DNA of 64,000 nucleotides from Phoronis australis (GCA_002633005.1 NMRA01000374.1:120724-184723), one strand, 5' to 3'; counted from the stretch's first letter, positions 12,350-25,900 are shown. Numbers and translations are program-made. The notes: a model not told the origin generated them from the sequence alone.

Positions 12350-14046
12350 TATGGCAGTCCGCGTAATCACAAAATAAACAAGTCCTCAAGTTCTTCAGTT
12401 CTTCAGCAGTCCTGACACCATGTTATGTTATTGGATAAGATATCAATACTTTATGATCAGACGAAATAAGTCATAGCAGGAAGAGATAACCAGGAAGGGA
12501 CAACTGCGCATTTTAACGTGTTTTAAAAAGTGATTTCAAAAGTAAATGTTAAAGTTGTCTGCAATCCAAACATTGTGTTTGAAAGCTTAACTCTTTAGGT
12601 ATAAAATGACACCACTTTGGTCCCCAAAGACTGCATATTAATGGCACTGGGATGCTTTGAAGATGACTTGTTTTACCCTTCTAAAAGATGCCTCTTCCCA
12701 GGCATGTACTCGGGCATGATCCTCTTTTTTGAACCAACAGATGTCAGTAATATATGCAAATAAGGCTCGCATCTCCTACGTCATATGACGTCATACGACG
12801 TCATACGACGCAAACTTCCAATTTTTAAAAACCCTCAGGTGCTTATAGTGAATGACTTGAAACGCAGTTTACCTGATTGGGCAGATCTAAGAAAATTAAG
12901 AACATTGAATGGTTTCACATGAAAATGCATTTAATTGTATTTGAATACGCTTGCATGTGTGTAAGCGTGGACTTTGTCATTTTGCTTAAATCCAGATTTA
13001 GAAGCAGGTGTTAGTCAAGAAATTAGCAGCTCCCTCCACGGTGGCCGGTGTCGTGGCGTCCGAGTCGCCGGGAAGTTTGATCCATGCATGCGTAACTCAA
13101 CGAACGAACGCTAGTCGCTGGTCAGCTCCGCTATGATTCATTTGAGACGGGCGGCTTAACTCGAACCTATACCCGTGTTCTGGCTCCAAGGTCGTTTTGT
13201 TTGACCCAGTTTCGGGAAAAGTTCATTTTAATACGGTCATTTCCTGAAGATTTTTTTTTGAAAGATATGATCCCGAAATCCTTGGCCTATAGAGCTGTAT
13301 CAAAATTCCTTGTTGAAACACGGCCACTGGTCCAGCTTCTGCCGGGCGGCTGGGGAAAATGCTATGGAACGCGTGTCCCAAAAATGCACACACTTCAACC
13401 CCTGCAGTTCAAGTTCTTTTCCCGTCAATCACTGTGCGCGGATTCTACGCGGACAGCCTACTGCATGACTACACCTTATTTTTAACGTGGGTGCGTCCCT
13501 GAGTCACGACGTGTCCAGTCTTTGCAGTATGCACGGGAATGTCAAGCAAACGATTCGGTTAGAAGAACCTAAATTCATTGCACAATACTACTGGGAACTA
13601 CAAGCATCAAGGAAATCCAAAGACAATCTTTCCAAATTTATGAGCAACGACTTGAACTTCTTTTTCGATCCGATCTACTGTTTGTAAATTTTTGAATTTC
13701 TTTAGTCTAGTTTTTAATTCAATACATTCATGAATATCACTGTTATCGTTTAGTGTCCTTCTTTGCGATATGGTGGTCTGAGGATGGATCGAATTTTTGC
13801 AAGTCAGCCTTCAGCCTTCAACTAAGTTCAGTGACACATCGCCATTTCTTACAAGACAGCTTCTGTACTGTGCACGAATGTTTTGTGTTTTTGATGAATT
13901 TGGAATCTCAACTTCCCCTCGTGAGTAGTTGGCAGTGTCATGTCGGAGGTGTATAGAGGTCGCAGCACTGAAAAAAGTGGGAAAGCCCCCTCAGTCCCCC
14001 TGTAGTGCACCGCCTATGGACCACTGAAAAACTTGGACTGAATTAA

Positions 14047-15916
14047 AGGAGAATGCAACCCGATTTAATTAGTCTTTTTTGCCTTATTAATCGGTCTATA
14101 TCCACATCGCCTCGCACACGACGGACATTACCTTGCCAAGAGGTGTCGCGTTAACCTGTGAGGAAGGTGAGAAACGACGCTAGCGACGTCAGTGGTTCAT
14201 CTGCAGAGTGAATGCCACTATGTTGCGGTGTATTGTTCCCGCTTGTGCGAGCTATGCAGCTGCGAGGAAAGCGGGTATGTCGTTTTTTCGACTTCCTCGA
14301 GAGTCCGAAATGTTTAGGAAGTGGATCGCAGTAGTGAAGAATGAAAAGTACGCTGTAAATAGCAAGTATGAGGCCGTGGAACATCTTGTCTGTGGCCTGC
14401 AGTCGTCGACAGCCGCGTGAGTGCCTGAAGAATGCCAGCTAGCCAAATAACTATCTCTACGTTCCGTTGTCTGACCTTGTTCACGGCGCCTCTTTAGTAT
14501 TTCGTCATCACTGTATTCCTGTTCGAACTGATAGCCTGTGAAACCTAACAATGCACCTGCGAAGTCTTCGTTGGGTTTGATGAACTCTCGTCTAAGTCGC
14601 GGGGGATTGCGAGTTGCCATGTTGACGTTTATTACTGAGCGTTCTGTTTCAAAATGAATTATTCTCATCCTAACCAATACTTATATAAAACTGAAACAAA
14701 GTCTGTCTCATTAGATGCAATTTGTAATGCCTTTGGAGTGTTCCTGAGTGCAAATGATTTGAGAAGCCAGCAATGTATAAATGACTACGTTACCAGTTTT
14801 AGGTGCAATAAAAATAATTGACGAGACACCGAGGCCGTGTGAGTTCATGCTAATTTAGTGTTTGATGGCAGAAACTGTTGTGAAACAACTCGATTTCCAT
14901 CCCACGGCCAGGTGTTAGGGGAATCTTTATTTATATTTACATTATTCAAATAATGATTGTCAATGTACAACTTCTACCCTGACCATGCGCGCACCCAGGG
15001 GGGCTCGAACGAGGGCAAAGTGGCGAAATGGGCAAAAAGGTCCGCCTCTGGGAAACAAAAAGTCCGAGAAAATGAGACTAAAGTCCTCTAAATAAGCACA
15101 ATCGCGCAATTCACAGTGGTGCCCCCGTTTTTTTTAGCTCACCCGCTTTTTTTTTACCAAACGGTCCACAACGTCAGAAATTCGAGCCCCCCCCAAATTG
15201 AAGGCTGGGTGCGCGCATGCTGACGGTGCTGTGGACAAAGCGGAACCTGAATTCGCGGCCCCGACGAGTGAGTAGATTTGCAGTTTCGTGGCTAATTCAC
15301 CAACATAATCACGTGTACATTACTTTGGCTCACTATTATAGTATTTTCCTGACTAGAAGCTTAGTTTCCAACTTTGGCTGGTTTTTGTTCGTGATGTCTG
15401 ATCAGTTTCCGAGCCACTGGTCGGGATAACGAGCGTTTTGCGTGTTTAGAACTCAAAAAATCACAGTTCTAGACAACACAGACTAGGTTCTCCTGTCTGT
15501 ATCTCACGGAAAAATACTTCGAATTTATCTCCGAACAGACCCCAAACTCCTGCTGCGGGCCTTATTGGCCTGCCGAGCCGTTGTAGGCTACGGCCGTGTC
15601 CAAATACCAATAAATCCGTAACAGCGAAATAAAACAACACGTTTTTTATAAGAACTCGGTGTATTTTTAAAGGTTTTACATCCAAGTTTGATGATTTATT
15701 GGTGTAAAACGATGAATTCAAGCGATAAGCTGACACCAGTAACCCGTGTTGTGAACTGCTGAACAGACTGCGTGTGAAACCAATTACGTCATTGTATAAT
15801 TTTAACACCTCGGTCTGCCGTCAGGTGTCAGGTAACGCAACCGTACGTGCCGTTATGGAGTAGAATTAATCGATTTTAATTGATACAAATTAGGTTGTTT
15901 TGGGTGGCATGCTCCT
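14047..15916. mobile_element. Kolobok-like internally deleted element (THAP + KolX-like remnants)
   Basis: TIRs AGGAGAATGCAACCC / GGGTGGCATGCTCCT flanked by TTAA/TCAA; + strand 14220-14390 MLRCIVPAC...FFRLP...RKWI (THAP N-terminus); convergent - strand ORF with GYQFEQEYSDDE motif. Confidence 0.7.
14984..15219. mobile_element. MITE with CATG termini and 5-bp TSD (hAT5-like)
   Basis: TIR CATGCGCGCACCCAG / CTGGGTGCGCGCATG; TSD CTGAC on both sides. Confidence 0.7.
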
Positions 15917-17551
15917 TCAATAAGCTCCGCAAAATATTTGCTTTACAAGTTTTCTCGAATTTTCGAAATACATGTATAAATGATTAAGTGCACATTTTGA
16001 AGAGCGCTTACTAGACGACCTATGCTGCAAAAACGGAGACCCTAACAACAATAGTCCTGGTCAGGGCCCTCATATGGTAAACCATACATTGATACCGAGT
16101 TGTCAAAGTTCTCTTGAGTTTTCTCTCTGATCAGTATTCGAAGTCTTTCTTTTTTGTCTTTCCCCAGCCTCACACCTTTGTCGGTTGCCATGGTTTAACC
16201 CTGAGGCATGCAATTTTTTTGGGGTGGCACTCGCCTTCCCCCCGCTTACTAAGGTCCTGATGCAAGGAGTCCATTTTGGTCCAAGGTCGATGTTGTGTTT
16301 CAACACGCACTAGTTAGCTGTAGACTTAGTCTCCAAGCTGCCGACATTCCAGCCACGGTTACTGCCGGTCCTTCGAAGCAATTATAGCACATATATACGA
16401 ATTGTTAAGAATGGCAAGGGTGCGTTTTGTGTTGACAGAAATGTCCATGGCGTCGAGGAATCTGAGGCATTTAATGATGAACAACTGTTGTGGCTTCATT
16501 TGGAAAAACACTTAGCAAAACTAACTTCCAACTATGCATACTGTAGCGGAATTAAGAAATGCGATTATGGCAGTGCTACTTGTAGCAGAGCCACAAAGTG
16601 TGCTAAAATGGTAGAAAATTAGGCATAACATTTCTGTAGCAGATAAAAGGTTGATTGGCGCAGGAGAAGGCCGATGTCTTCAATGCTCAGAAAAATTTCG
16701 GCAGGCAAGAGACTTGCCAAGAAAATGGCACAGTTGAGTCCGGGCATTCTAAAGGAAAGAACTGCAGCCAATTCCAGTTATTCGGTGCAACTACTGTCAC
16801 CCGACGGCGTTGTTTCACGATACAGCAACCTCAAACAACGTCAAAGAAACGAAACGCGGAGGGTGAGATATTACAGAGTATTAATATTTATTCTTGAATA
16901 CAGGTGTCCACATCAAAATGGTCATTCTTTATGCCGATAGCAATGTTTTCGTCAACTGAAGAAGAACAGGAATCATAGACATCCCGCGCGCTCCGTCTAT
17001 GGTTCTGACACTTCAAACTTTTGTCAACACGATAGGTAGCCGCAGAAAGTTCGATGTTGACCTCATTCTAATCTTCTATGCAATCCACAGTCTGGGGACG
17101 AAAACAATTCAAAGTCCGCTCTTCGAAACAGAGCTTGCTTAGCTGGAATTCAGAACTGCGGTCACGAGAGTGTTTTCACCTCCCGATTGCGAAGCGATCG
17201 AGTTAGCTGTGGTATCTTCATCAGCGCGTGCTCTCAGCGAGAGGTCACCGCTTTATCCACTCAAGCGCTCGACAACAACTAAATTGACGAGAGTCTCAGA
17301 ACTCGCACATGCAAATTTGATATGCAAATGAGGGAGTACTTGACTACTGCGCCATCTATACATCGACGGAAAAGCTTAAATACCCGTGACTCCGTGTGGG
17401 AAATTGCGATTGCGTGCACTGAAGTCGATATTTTCAAAGTACAATTACACCACTGTTTAAGGTTGCAAAGTGAGTTTTTTTGATATCCTTCTATAGAAAA
17501 AGCCTTAAGCTCTCTGATAAAGTCATCTGTCTCCTTTTAAACGAAATTTAA

Positions 17552-20500
17552 GAGCATGTCCACGAATGGACCAGGCAAAAAGTGATAAAGGCTATGTCAC
17601 GGATTTCCTCGATTGTTTGCATGATGGTAGGGGTTGAGGCCCCAACCTTCATACCCACATTAATTTTTTTGCGTGCTTCACCTTGTGGTTGCTATGGGAA
17701 CGTGTTGTTTTTCTGCCAATTCCAAGCCTCGTTACAGCTACATTTTGGCACTTTTTGCGAACTTACCTTGAGAACAATAGTCCAAAATGAAACACTTCAA
17801 GTTTATCACTGAATTGAGGTGTCTTTCAACTTGCCAGTCATAGAAAATATCACGGTTTCAGTTACATCTTAGCCGTTTTTGAAGGCAACCAGTTTAGCTA
17901 GTTTGTGGTGATTCCAAAATGTTGAAAATTGCCCTAATTCCTGCCTCAATATCATAGCTGAAGCCAAATTTAAAACAACAAAACTACAACCAATGTTTAG
18001 ATTAATCTTAGCTCTACAAAATAAAACCATAAAAAGTCTAGGCAATTACCCTTCTTAATACCGCATCGGGCTCTAGAACTAGAGCACCTCACCAAAATTG
18101 TGCAACTGGCCAATGTCTGCATAGTAACAAATGTATGCGAGGATTCAAAATACAGTTCTGAAATCTTAAAATAGGCGAACGAACATATCAAGAGAGCTTT
18201 AATTTTGTTACTTCTACAGAAAAGAATGAGAAGCACAACAAGGCACGTTGTTTTCCTTTAACCCTGACGATAACGCTGCCAATAGCGGTTAATCGTGTCC
18301 CGACGCATCTCAATTCAACGAATTTTATAGAAAACAATAATAGGTGTATTGGGCCAGAAGGAGACAACTGCATCTCCATACAGTGTAGACCACAAACCCG
18401 AACAAATCGGACAGCAAAGTAGTTAGTCATAACTAAGAGATATATTGAAATGATATGGGATAGATGCTGTGAAATGAAGCTAGAAAAACTGATCTTATAA
18501 GGACAGTCGACTACCGGTGAAATTGGCGTTGTTGAATAACTTTTCGTACGCTTCTCATTTGGGAAAGTCCCCGAACAGCACACGCCCAGATGTGCATATG
18601 GATGTTTGAATATTCTCACATTATGGATACCAATGTTTTTTTTTTAGTTTTTCTCGACAACGCATAGAATGATGTATTTGCGGAAGGTTCGTAGACATTT
18701 TCATAAAAAACACAGGAAACCGAGTATTTCACACGCAAGATAGCAGAAAAACCAGTTCAGATGTTTTTTGCATCTATCACAATTTCAATGGCGGATTCCG
18801 GGAGGGGGCCAAGGGGGCCATGCCCCCCTAAAATTCTCCCAGACACCTTTTGTCAGTTCGGGATGCGAATTGCTGACTAGCATATGCGCGCACCCAGGGG
18901 GCTCCGGGGGCGAATGCACAATGCATTGACCTTGAACAAACCCCGTTTACCGGTTTTTCTTAGTATTAAGGTCCACAAACCCCAAAATTCGAGACCCCTG
19001 CATCCCTACATTTTAGGGTGGGCGCGCGGATGTGGCGACATTCTGTGCCCTGCCCCCCAACTCAAAATCCTGGATCCGCCTGAGCTTAGAATGGGTATGC
19101 AATGGTGTTTGGTGCTTACCATCAGTCAGACTCCAAAAATTCAGAAGTCTCGAGACTAATACATGTAGTGTCATCTACTTCATTGAAATATCATAAGAAT
19201 ATGCATATGCAGCAAAATGAAAATAAAATACACAAAGTTAACATTCAGACTGCATATAGGTGAACTTGGGTAATCCTGCAAAGAGATTTTGGAACAGAGT
19301 TGGGCAATATTCAAAAACAGTCCAGATTTAAATTATTGTTTATTATGTTAGACATAGAGATGCAGCAGAGCAGGTTATACTGTACTTATGTAGCAAAAGG
19401 ATAATAAGATAGCCAAACATTAAACAAGCACCAAAGTAGTTTAGAGAATAGTAATACTATACTGAGGCTGATATAGGACACAGGCAAATTACACGCCGTA
19501 AATCAAGTAAATAGAAAAGAACAAATGTGGTCACATTTACAAAATGTGAGCAAATTAGGTGTACAATGAGACACCTTTAGTCAGCACAGATGACACGTCA
19601 CGAAATGGAAATAGTATTTTGTCTGACTACTTTTGACATACTGTATTTCAAATGTCTCTGAGTCTTGTATATATGAAATGTGCTACTGCGGCAATTCCAT
19701 TGACTCGACAATCTTTTGTCACAGTTCAAATCGACGGTCTTCCTCAGCGATTCGTTTCATTCCAAAGGCGTCAAAATGTGCGAGTTTCCCAGAATGATTG
19801 AGTGCTGCTAAGTGGGAAAATATTTAATCTGCTGAGGTGACAGACATTCTTCAGAACATCGCTATTACCAGGAGCAATACAATCATGGGTTACAGATAAT
19901 GAATCTTTGGCAAAGGCGTGGGCAGCCAGAATGATGGTTGGTCCCCCTCGTTTCCACTTGAAAAATTTGCCTGTAAATATTACAATTATATGCAACTTAA
20001 TCCGTAAACACAAGAATTATATTTTCCATAAATAGCCTTTCCCCAAAGCATTTATTTTCACCATTCAAAATAGCTTGGAAAGATGGCTACTCACATATGC
20101 ATAAAACCCTCATTGTGTGCAAGCAGCTCTCAAAACAAAAGGTGTCATCAATTAATCAAAATGTAAGTTCACTACTAAAACCTGGAAAACCATCAATTTT
20201 GATATATAGCATTGCCATGGCTTCGAAATGCCATAAAGTTAAGACTAGATCCAACACTTAATGCCACGATGCTGATTGAGAAAATTTTATGTTTTAGTAC
20301 ATGATTTTCAGGCTAAAAGGAATACAATTGCATCTTCAATATTTTTAGCTAAATGCACCTTTCAAAATTTGCCTCAGTGGTCACTAACACAACCCAGAGC
20401 AACTATAAGAATCCTGTTTGGAGTACCTAAGCTTTCATTACAAGCAGTCTTCCCTCTCAGAGGAATTTTCAAATGTTGACAGTTGTGGTGAAATAACTGG

Positions 20501-21080
20501 CACAGAATTAAACAGATTGTGCACTTATGAACATAGCTCCTCACCGTAAACATAGTTCAAGGTCTGTTAACGCTATCCATTGATTCACAAGCTCTGGCCC
20601 AAACTCGCAAAACAGTGCGTGGAGCCAAATCCACTTTGTCTGAGAGACACGGTTGACAAGACAGTAAGTACAGCATACATACAAAGTGTTTTGTCTGCAA
20701 ATACAAGGACAGTGTTACAGTCCATCAGTAATGTTTCCTAGCAGATGAGTTAGTGAGACCGTCACCAGTTTTTGAGTCAATGCGCAGTTTATGACTGAAT
20801 TGACTTTATACAAAACAGTAGCTATTTCATTTTCTAGTAGCTTCTGTAATTACTTACAATGTCACAAAAATTGATTATTGGGGTAAGTTCTGATAGTGGT
20901 TTTCAGTGAAAACTGAGATACCCGACTTTTAAGCTACCTAACGCGATAGAATTTGTTTAAAGTGCATTTTAATAATTACCATAAGAAAGTAAACAAAAAT
21001 GCATAATATGATCCAAATCCGTCACACAGGGTTTATCACCCCTGCATGAATTTGCTCCTGGTCTGAAGTGTACTGCACTC
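17552..21080. mobile_element. Sola3-like (GAG..CTC, TTAA) element, deleted copy 1
   Basis: TTAA-GAGCATGTCC...CTGCACTC-TTAA; colinear with 41171-46789 but lacks several internal blocks. Confidence 0.7.
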
Positions 21081-21160
21081 TTAAGTCCTGAAATTAGTCC
21101 GGGGAAGGAGGCCAAAAACGGCGGTTTAGCTAGTTGTCCCTTCCTGGTTATCTCTTCCTG

Positions 21161-21556
21161 GGCCCGGTCTCTAATCTTTGTACTCGAAAGAACTCGAAAC
21201 TATTTTTGGTAATTTCTCTGCTCCTTTTGTGCGAACTTAAGATAATTGGTTATCAGACTATGCTCGAATACATTATAGTTTATGCATAGGAGTTTCTAGT
21301 TCAAGTTTGTCCTTGAAGACCCTTATATTTGGGCTACAAACTCGAGCAAAAACTCGAAATTTCGAGTTCAAACTCGAACTTATTGCTTTAATATTGGGTT
21401 TACAAACTGTGAACTAAGGGCAATAAATTATCTATGTTATTGTGTATTCGAGCATAGAATAATAGACACTTATCTTTAGTTCGCCCAAAAGTTGAGTAGA
21501 AAATGCCAAACCTAATTTCGAGTTTCATTTCGAGTAAAAAGATTGGAAACCGGGCC
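21161..21556. mobile_element. Harbinger-type MITE inserted at the tip of the large element's right TIR
   Basis: TIRs GGCCCGGTCTCTAATCTTTGTACTCGAAA / TTTCGAGTAAAAAGATTGGAAACCGGGCC; CTG TSD (21158-21160, 21557-21559); internal ACTCGA palindromic repeats. Confidence 0.8.
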
Positions 21557-21767
21557 CTGGTCATAGTAAAATTCTATTGTCTTAACACACTAACATCATA
21601 CAGGAAGAAGAGCTGCATTATGCGTCCGACCCTCTGGAATCAATGCTAACAGATCTTACTAATAAATATTATGACAGAAGATTGGTAAAGCAACTGACCA
21701 AGGGCCTTATTAAAAGACACACGATATTTCGCAACATTACTCTACTTGTATTTCATTCCCCCGAGAT

Positions 21768-21980
21768 TTGCACCACATTTTCGTAAATATTCTTGATGTT
21801 AGCGGTAACGTGATCAGAGATTACGGTGACATAGAAATTAGTTTTAGTATTGGAGATTTATGTTTTAGACGGTTAGTTGTTGTATCTGAGATTGATTTTC
21901 CAGTTATTCTGGGGTTGGATTTTATGAAGCGTAATTGTTGCACGCTTTGAAATTTCCCAAACAAAGATATTTTGTCTGTC
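21768..21980 (+). pseudogene. Retrotransposon aspartic protease fragment
   Basis: SGNVI...GDIEISFSIG....RLVVVSEIDFPVILGLDFMK matches the C-terminal ILG.DF motif of Gypsy proteases. Confidence 0.55.
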
Positions 21981-22375
21981 CGGGAGCGTGAGCTTCTTCT
22001 GCACCACAGAAAAGTTCATTTTAGCTGGGTTTTCATCATGAGGGTTGAGCGTGTCGAGAAAATTCTTTCGTGTAGCTTAGTGAATTCAAGTTCTGTTCCG
22101 GCAGAACGTAGCAAATGGGCGATGCTTTTTCATTAAGCATAATTGATCTTGAGCGCAGTACAGGTGTGTGGGAGAACCGTGAGTTTGATGGTACTTTCCA
22201 TGCCAGCTTGATTAATGATCGCAGTGTTGTTGGAGTACCGTCACGTACACAGTACAGGTTTACGTGGAACACATAAATTACATTTTATTAGCACGAGCAG
22301 CTGTGGTGGTAAGGGCATGTGCCAGGGTGGCTATGATAACTACGTCTCATTGATTCTTGGCTGGGTACAACTTAA

Positions 22376-24324
22376 GGTAGGTGGATACGCAAAAAAATAA
22401 TTTGGACTGTTTTTTTACATTTATATGTCATCCTAATCTTTATTCTTGATGCACAATATACTGAAGAAAAATAAAATCATTCTGATAATCCAAAATTGTT
22501 TTTAGCTATATTTGACCAAGCCTCAGTAAGTCATATGGCTTGAATGCTCACCAGCTTAGTGACTGACAATTGGGGCGGAGCTTATACAAGGACACTTAGC
22601 TCTAATCTAACCCTGTCAACAAACATTGCGTAACCGGGCAATCGAGAGTGCTGTATCAGCTGATATTGATGTTGTAGCAAGACCAAGAATAAAATAATTC
22701 TATTTTTGACCATGTGAAAGTTGGTAGTGAAATGGTGAACTACCTCCTGTTCCGAGCCTGAGCCTGTTTGTCTATCTGCAAAAAAATGAGTACGACAAGT
22801 CCTACCGAAGCCATCACTGCACTCAGCTTGAGGAGTCAGTGTAGAAATTGTGCGTGTACAAGAGAAGTCGGTAAGGTGAGGTGTCTTGCGAGAGGACGCT
22901 GAGCGTCGACGTGGGTGGTGTTCCACGATTCGGTGAGAGTGCATGCACGCGCTGTGAAGACACGGCGCGCATGCGACACATGGACAACTACATGCCGTCA
23001 GAGCAGAGTCTTTGCAGATAAACCGTGCTTCTGTACTGGGAACGCGCTGTGGAGAAACTAGGCTGTCAAACCCAGGGGATTTTTTAACTTGCCACTGGCA
23101 GTAACCCAAAGAATTAGAGAAATGACCCAGTGCTCAACATAACAAAATTTTTCTAGTGCATAGATTCAAACGTATCCCTGAATTAAAACTCATGATATTA
23201 TACGATTTTAGAGGAAAGCAATATAAGAAACTTTGGTAACTTGAAAATCTCACCCAAGCGACGCTATTTGCGCAGAAAGTGATATTTTCTTATCCCAAAG
23301 TCCATTCGGCACAGGCACGTAAAAATGTTGAACCATTACTATGAAAGTAGTTCTTTATGCTCGTAGCCAATATTGCTATGTAGACAGTAACGCGGTGATC
23401 TGACACAACACATATATTGGTTGATGCTAATATTGGAATACTAACAAATAGGTCTGTGTAATATAGTTAGAGAGTCTTTTACTACACTAAGTGGAGAGTT
23501 CAGATGAATCGTAAAAACAATCAACACATGATTTTAATGTGTGGTCGGCACACCAGTACAGTAGACAATAGATCAACGCTAAGCTCCGCCCACGTGACAG
23601 CCATATTTGTTTTGGTCGTCTGTCGTGCTTCACAAGTTCGAAAAAATGATTAAAATTACGCTGTAAACAAATAAGTATGTCACATTTTCTAAACATGAAG
23701 TAAATATCAGCTTTATTTCTAGTACTTCAACAAAAATTGGAACAAAATGACCAAACATTCTGAACGAAATTTGATCTCAAGTGGCAAACGATGACCGCTT
23801 AACTTCAAAGCCGTTATTCTCGGCTGGTGATTTCAGGATAGTGACAAGATTCTCGGGCCTATTTTTCCGCAACGCGTGGGTCAATTTTTACGAAATTTGC
23901 AAATTAGAAATCCTCTAGGACTGAAGTAAAATAGCCTGCCAGGGTTTTTTGATACATGGACCACATTTTTAATTATTAGACGGAAAGTGACCAAATGACA
24001 AAAAGTGGCGTGCTTGCCCTAACTCACACGCAAAAAATGCCGTAAAATTAAGATCATAATGATTTTGTACATATATTTGGCATGGATAAGTAGAATATTG
24101 CGTAAGGAAACAGTTGATGATAATCCATGTGCATTTTGAAAAAAATTCGAGGTAAAATTGGATTTTTTGAAAATTAAAAAATACGATTTAAAAAAAAAAC
24201 GAACTACAAAAAACTTTTTTTTTTCGATTTTTGTCACTTTCAGAGTCATGTCTAACTAGTTAAAACTCCCATTTTACTCGTTTTAGTTAGTAACCTAGAG
24301 ATTTGACCAGTGTATACACCTACC
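22376..24324. mobile_element. Kolobok-like non-autonomous element
   Basis: TTAA-GGTAGGTGGATAC...GTATACACCTACC-TTAA; degenerate Cys-rich coding remnant at ~22610-22870. Confidence 0.7.
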
Positions 24325-25742
24325 TTAATGAGAATTTACCAAGGATCAAAAAGCAGGAGCTGGCAGTAGTTGAGGCTAATATATATTTTATAATTATGTA
24401 CCATTATTATTACGTTGCCACCTTTTTATGAAAAAGAGTTGAGATTGAGCGGTTGGCACGCTTCATAAAATTTACCACTGTGCCAAAGATTGGTGTACTT
24501 CTCGCTCCTAACACATGGGAGGTAATGAGGTCCTACAAAGAAACCAAGGTAATCACTTGTAGTTGGCAATGTGTATTCTTTCTAAACCAGGCACATGTAA
24601 ACACGATTTAAATTCACCAGGGAGTGTAAATCCAGGATTTCTTGGTCAACAGTGCCATTACAACATTGTTTCTTTGGTTTCATCTCTATTTCCCCTGTTT
24701 AACGTACAAAAGCAATCTCTAGAATCACGAGTACTTTAAAAGAGTTTTTATTGAAAAGTCGCTGCTTCTGGTTGCAACTTTCACGGTTTTTGTATGTCAC
24801 AGATTCGCGCACTAGCCGCGAGGGTGGTAATTCCTCAAAACTCCCTCGGAGGGTCTAGATATGAGAAATTCCTGGACGTGATAATCTATTGCTCAACCGT
24901 TTTGAGCAAACCATTATACAAAACTTGCAAAAAGAAAATATTCAGCCTTCGTTTTGCTTGACTTTGGTCATTTGTTTGCAGTGCATTGGATCAAACCTCA
25001 GTTGACCAATTGCAAGCTCCACCTCCTTGTGTAAAGACACAAACAACGTGTTGTTTTTCGGGAAAAATGACGGCTTTGAAATGCAGACGAAGGTGTGTCA
25101 AGAATGTTGCGTTCTGACTGGTCAATTAAGCCGTCAGTCAAAATTCTGGCGATAGGTCAGTTACTAAACTCTTGAGCATCTTCTACAGAACAACACAGCG
25201 TGTAGACTGTAGAAATGATATTTAACTCATGCCTGTCTACGGTTACTTTGCACCGAATGTACAAAAAGTACGATCTTGGTTTTACATTTTGATGACGTAC
25301 ATGTATACATGTACTAGCCAAATAGACACGCTGAACTTTACTATTTTAAAATTGCTTGTGCGGACTACGAAATTCTCCTGTTTCACGAAGCCAAACTCAA
25401 GGACCCAACAGACTTCGAACTCGAGGGTCTTTCCCAGAGAGGGAATCGCCAATGGCCTGGCGTGCGCAATCAGCAAAGACTGCCACGCCATGGTAGAGCT
25501 TGTGGATACTCAGTTTCATTACCACTGAAGGCAACTACAGGTTATAAGCGTCACTGGTCTTAGTCTCCGCGACCCATTCACATTAGTCAGTCTGTATATA
25601 CGGGGTAACTCCTCCCCTAGATGTGACCATTGGAATTTTCTCCACAGTCTACTTCACATCTATCTTGACATTCTTATTGATGGCGGCTTCAGTGCTCGGC
25701 ATTCAAGCTGGGATGTCTACGATGTGAACACAAACGGTTAAG

Positions 25743-25900
25743 AGCATGTTCGCAGATAGACCAGGCAGAGGGTGATAAACGCTATGTCCCAGATTCTGTT
25801 TAAATTTTCTCTGTGTGATAACACTGGCCCCACTGACTCCAGATTTTAAAACACCTTCTTTTGGTTTCCATGGATACCGTTTGTTTCCGGCAAGTTTTGA
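25743..25900 (+). mobile_element. Left end of a diverged relative of the Sola3-like element
   Basis: TTAAGAGCATGTTCGCAGATAGACCAGGCAGAGGGTGATAAACGCTATGTC resembles the 17548 and 41167 ends; right end not found. Confidence 0.45.

Larger units (their letters stand above)
12477..21160. mobile_element. Large TIR DNA transposon (P-superfamily-like ends), host to nested elements
   Basis: Perfect 29-bp TIR CAGGAAGAGATAACCAGGAAGGGACAACT (12477-12505; reverse complement at 21132-21160); 7-bp TSD GTCATAG at 12470-12476 and 21560-21566 inside the Gypsy LTR. No recognisable transposase, so superfamily is tentative. Confidence 0.8.
7754..21676 (-). mobile_element. Full-length decayed Gypsy/Ty3 LTR retrotransposon; 5' LTR interrupted by nested insertions
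   Basis: ~165-bp LTRs: 7754-7918 and 12421-12476 + 21567-21676 (TG...CA); PBS TGGTGTCAGGA (tRNA-Leu-like) at 12420-12410; polypurine tract at ~7920-7931; flanks GAAC/GAAG (possible 4-bp TSD with 1 mismatch). Confidence 0.9.

Noticed and set aside
14208-14420. THAP domain as proof that the 8.7-kb element is a P element, or as a host THAP gene
   Set aside because: It lies inside a separately bounded TTAA-flanked element and is truncated.
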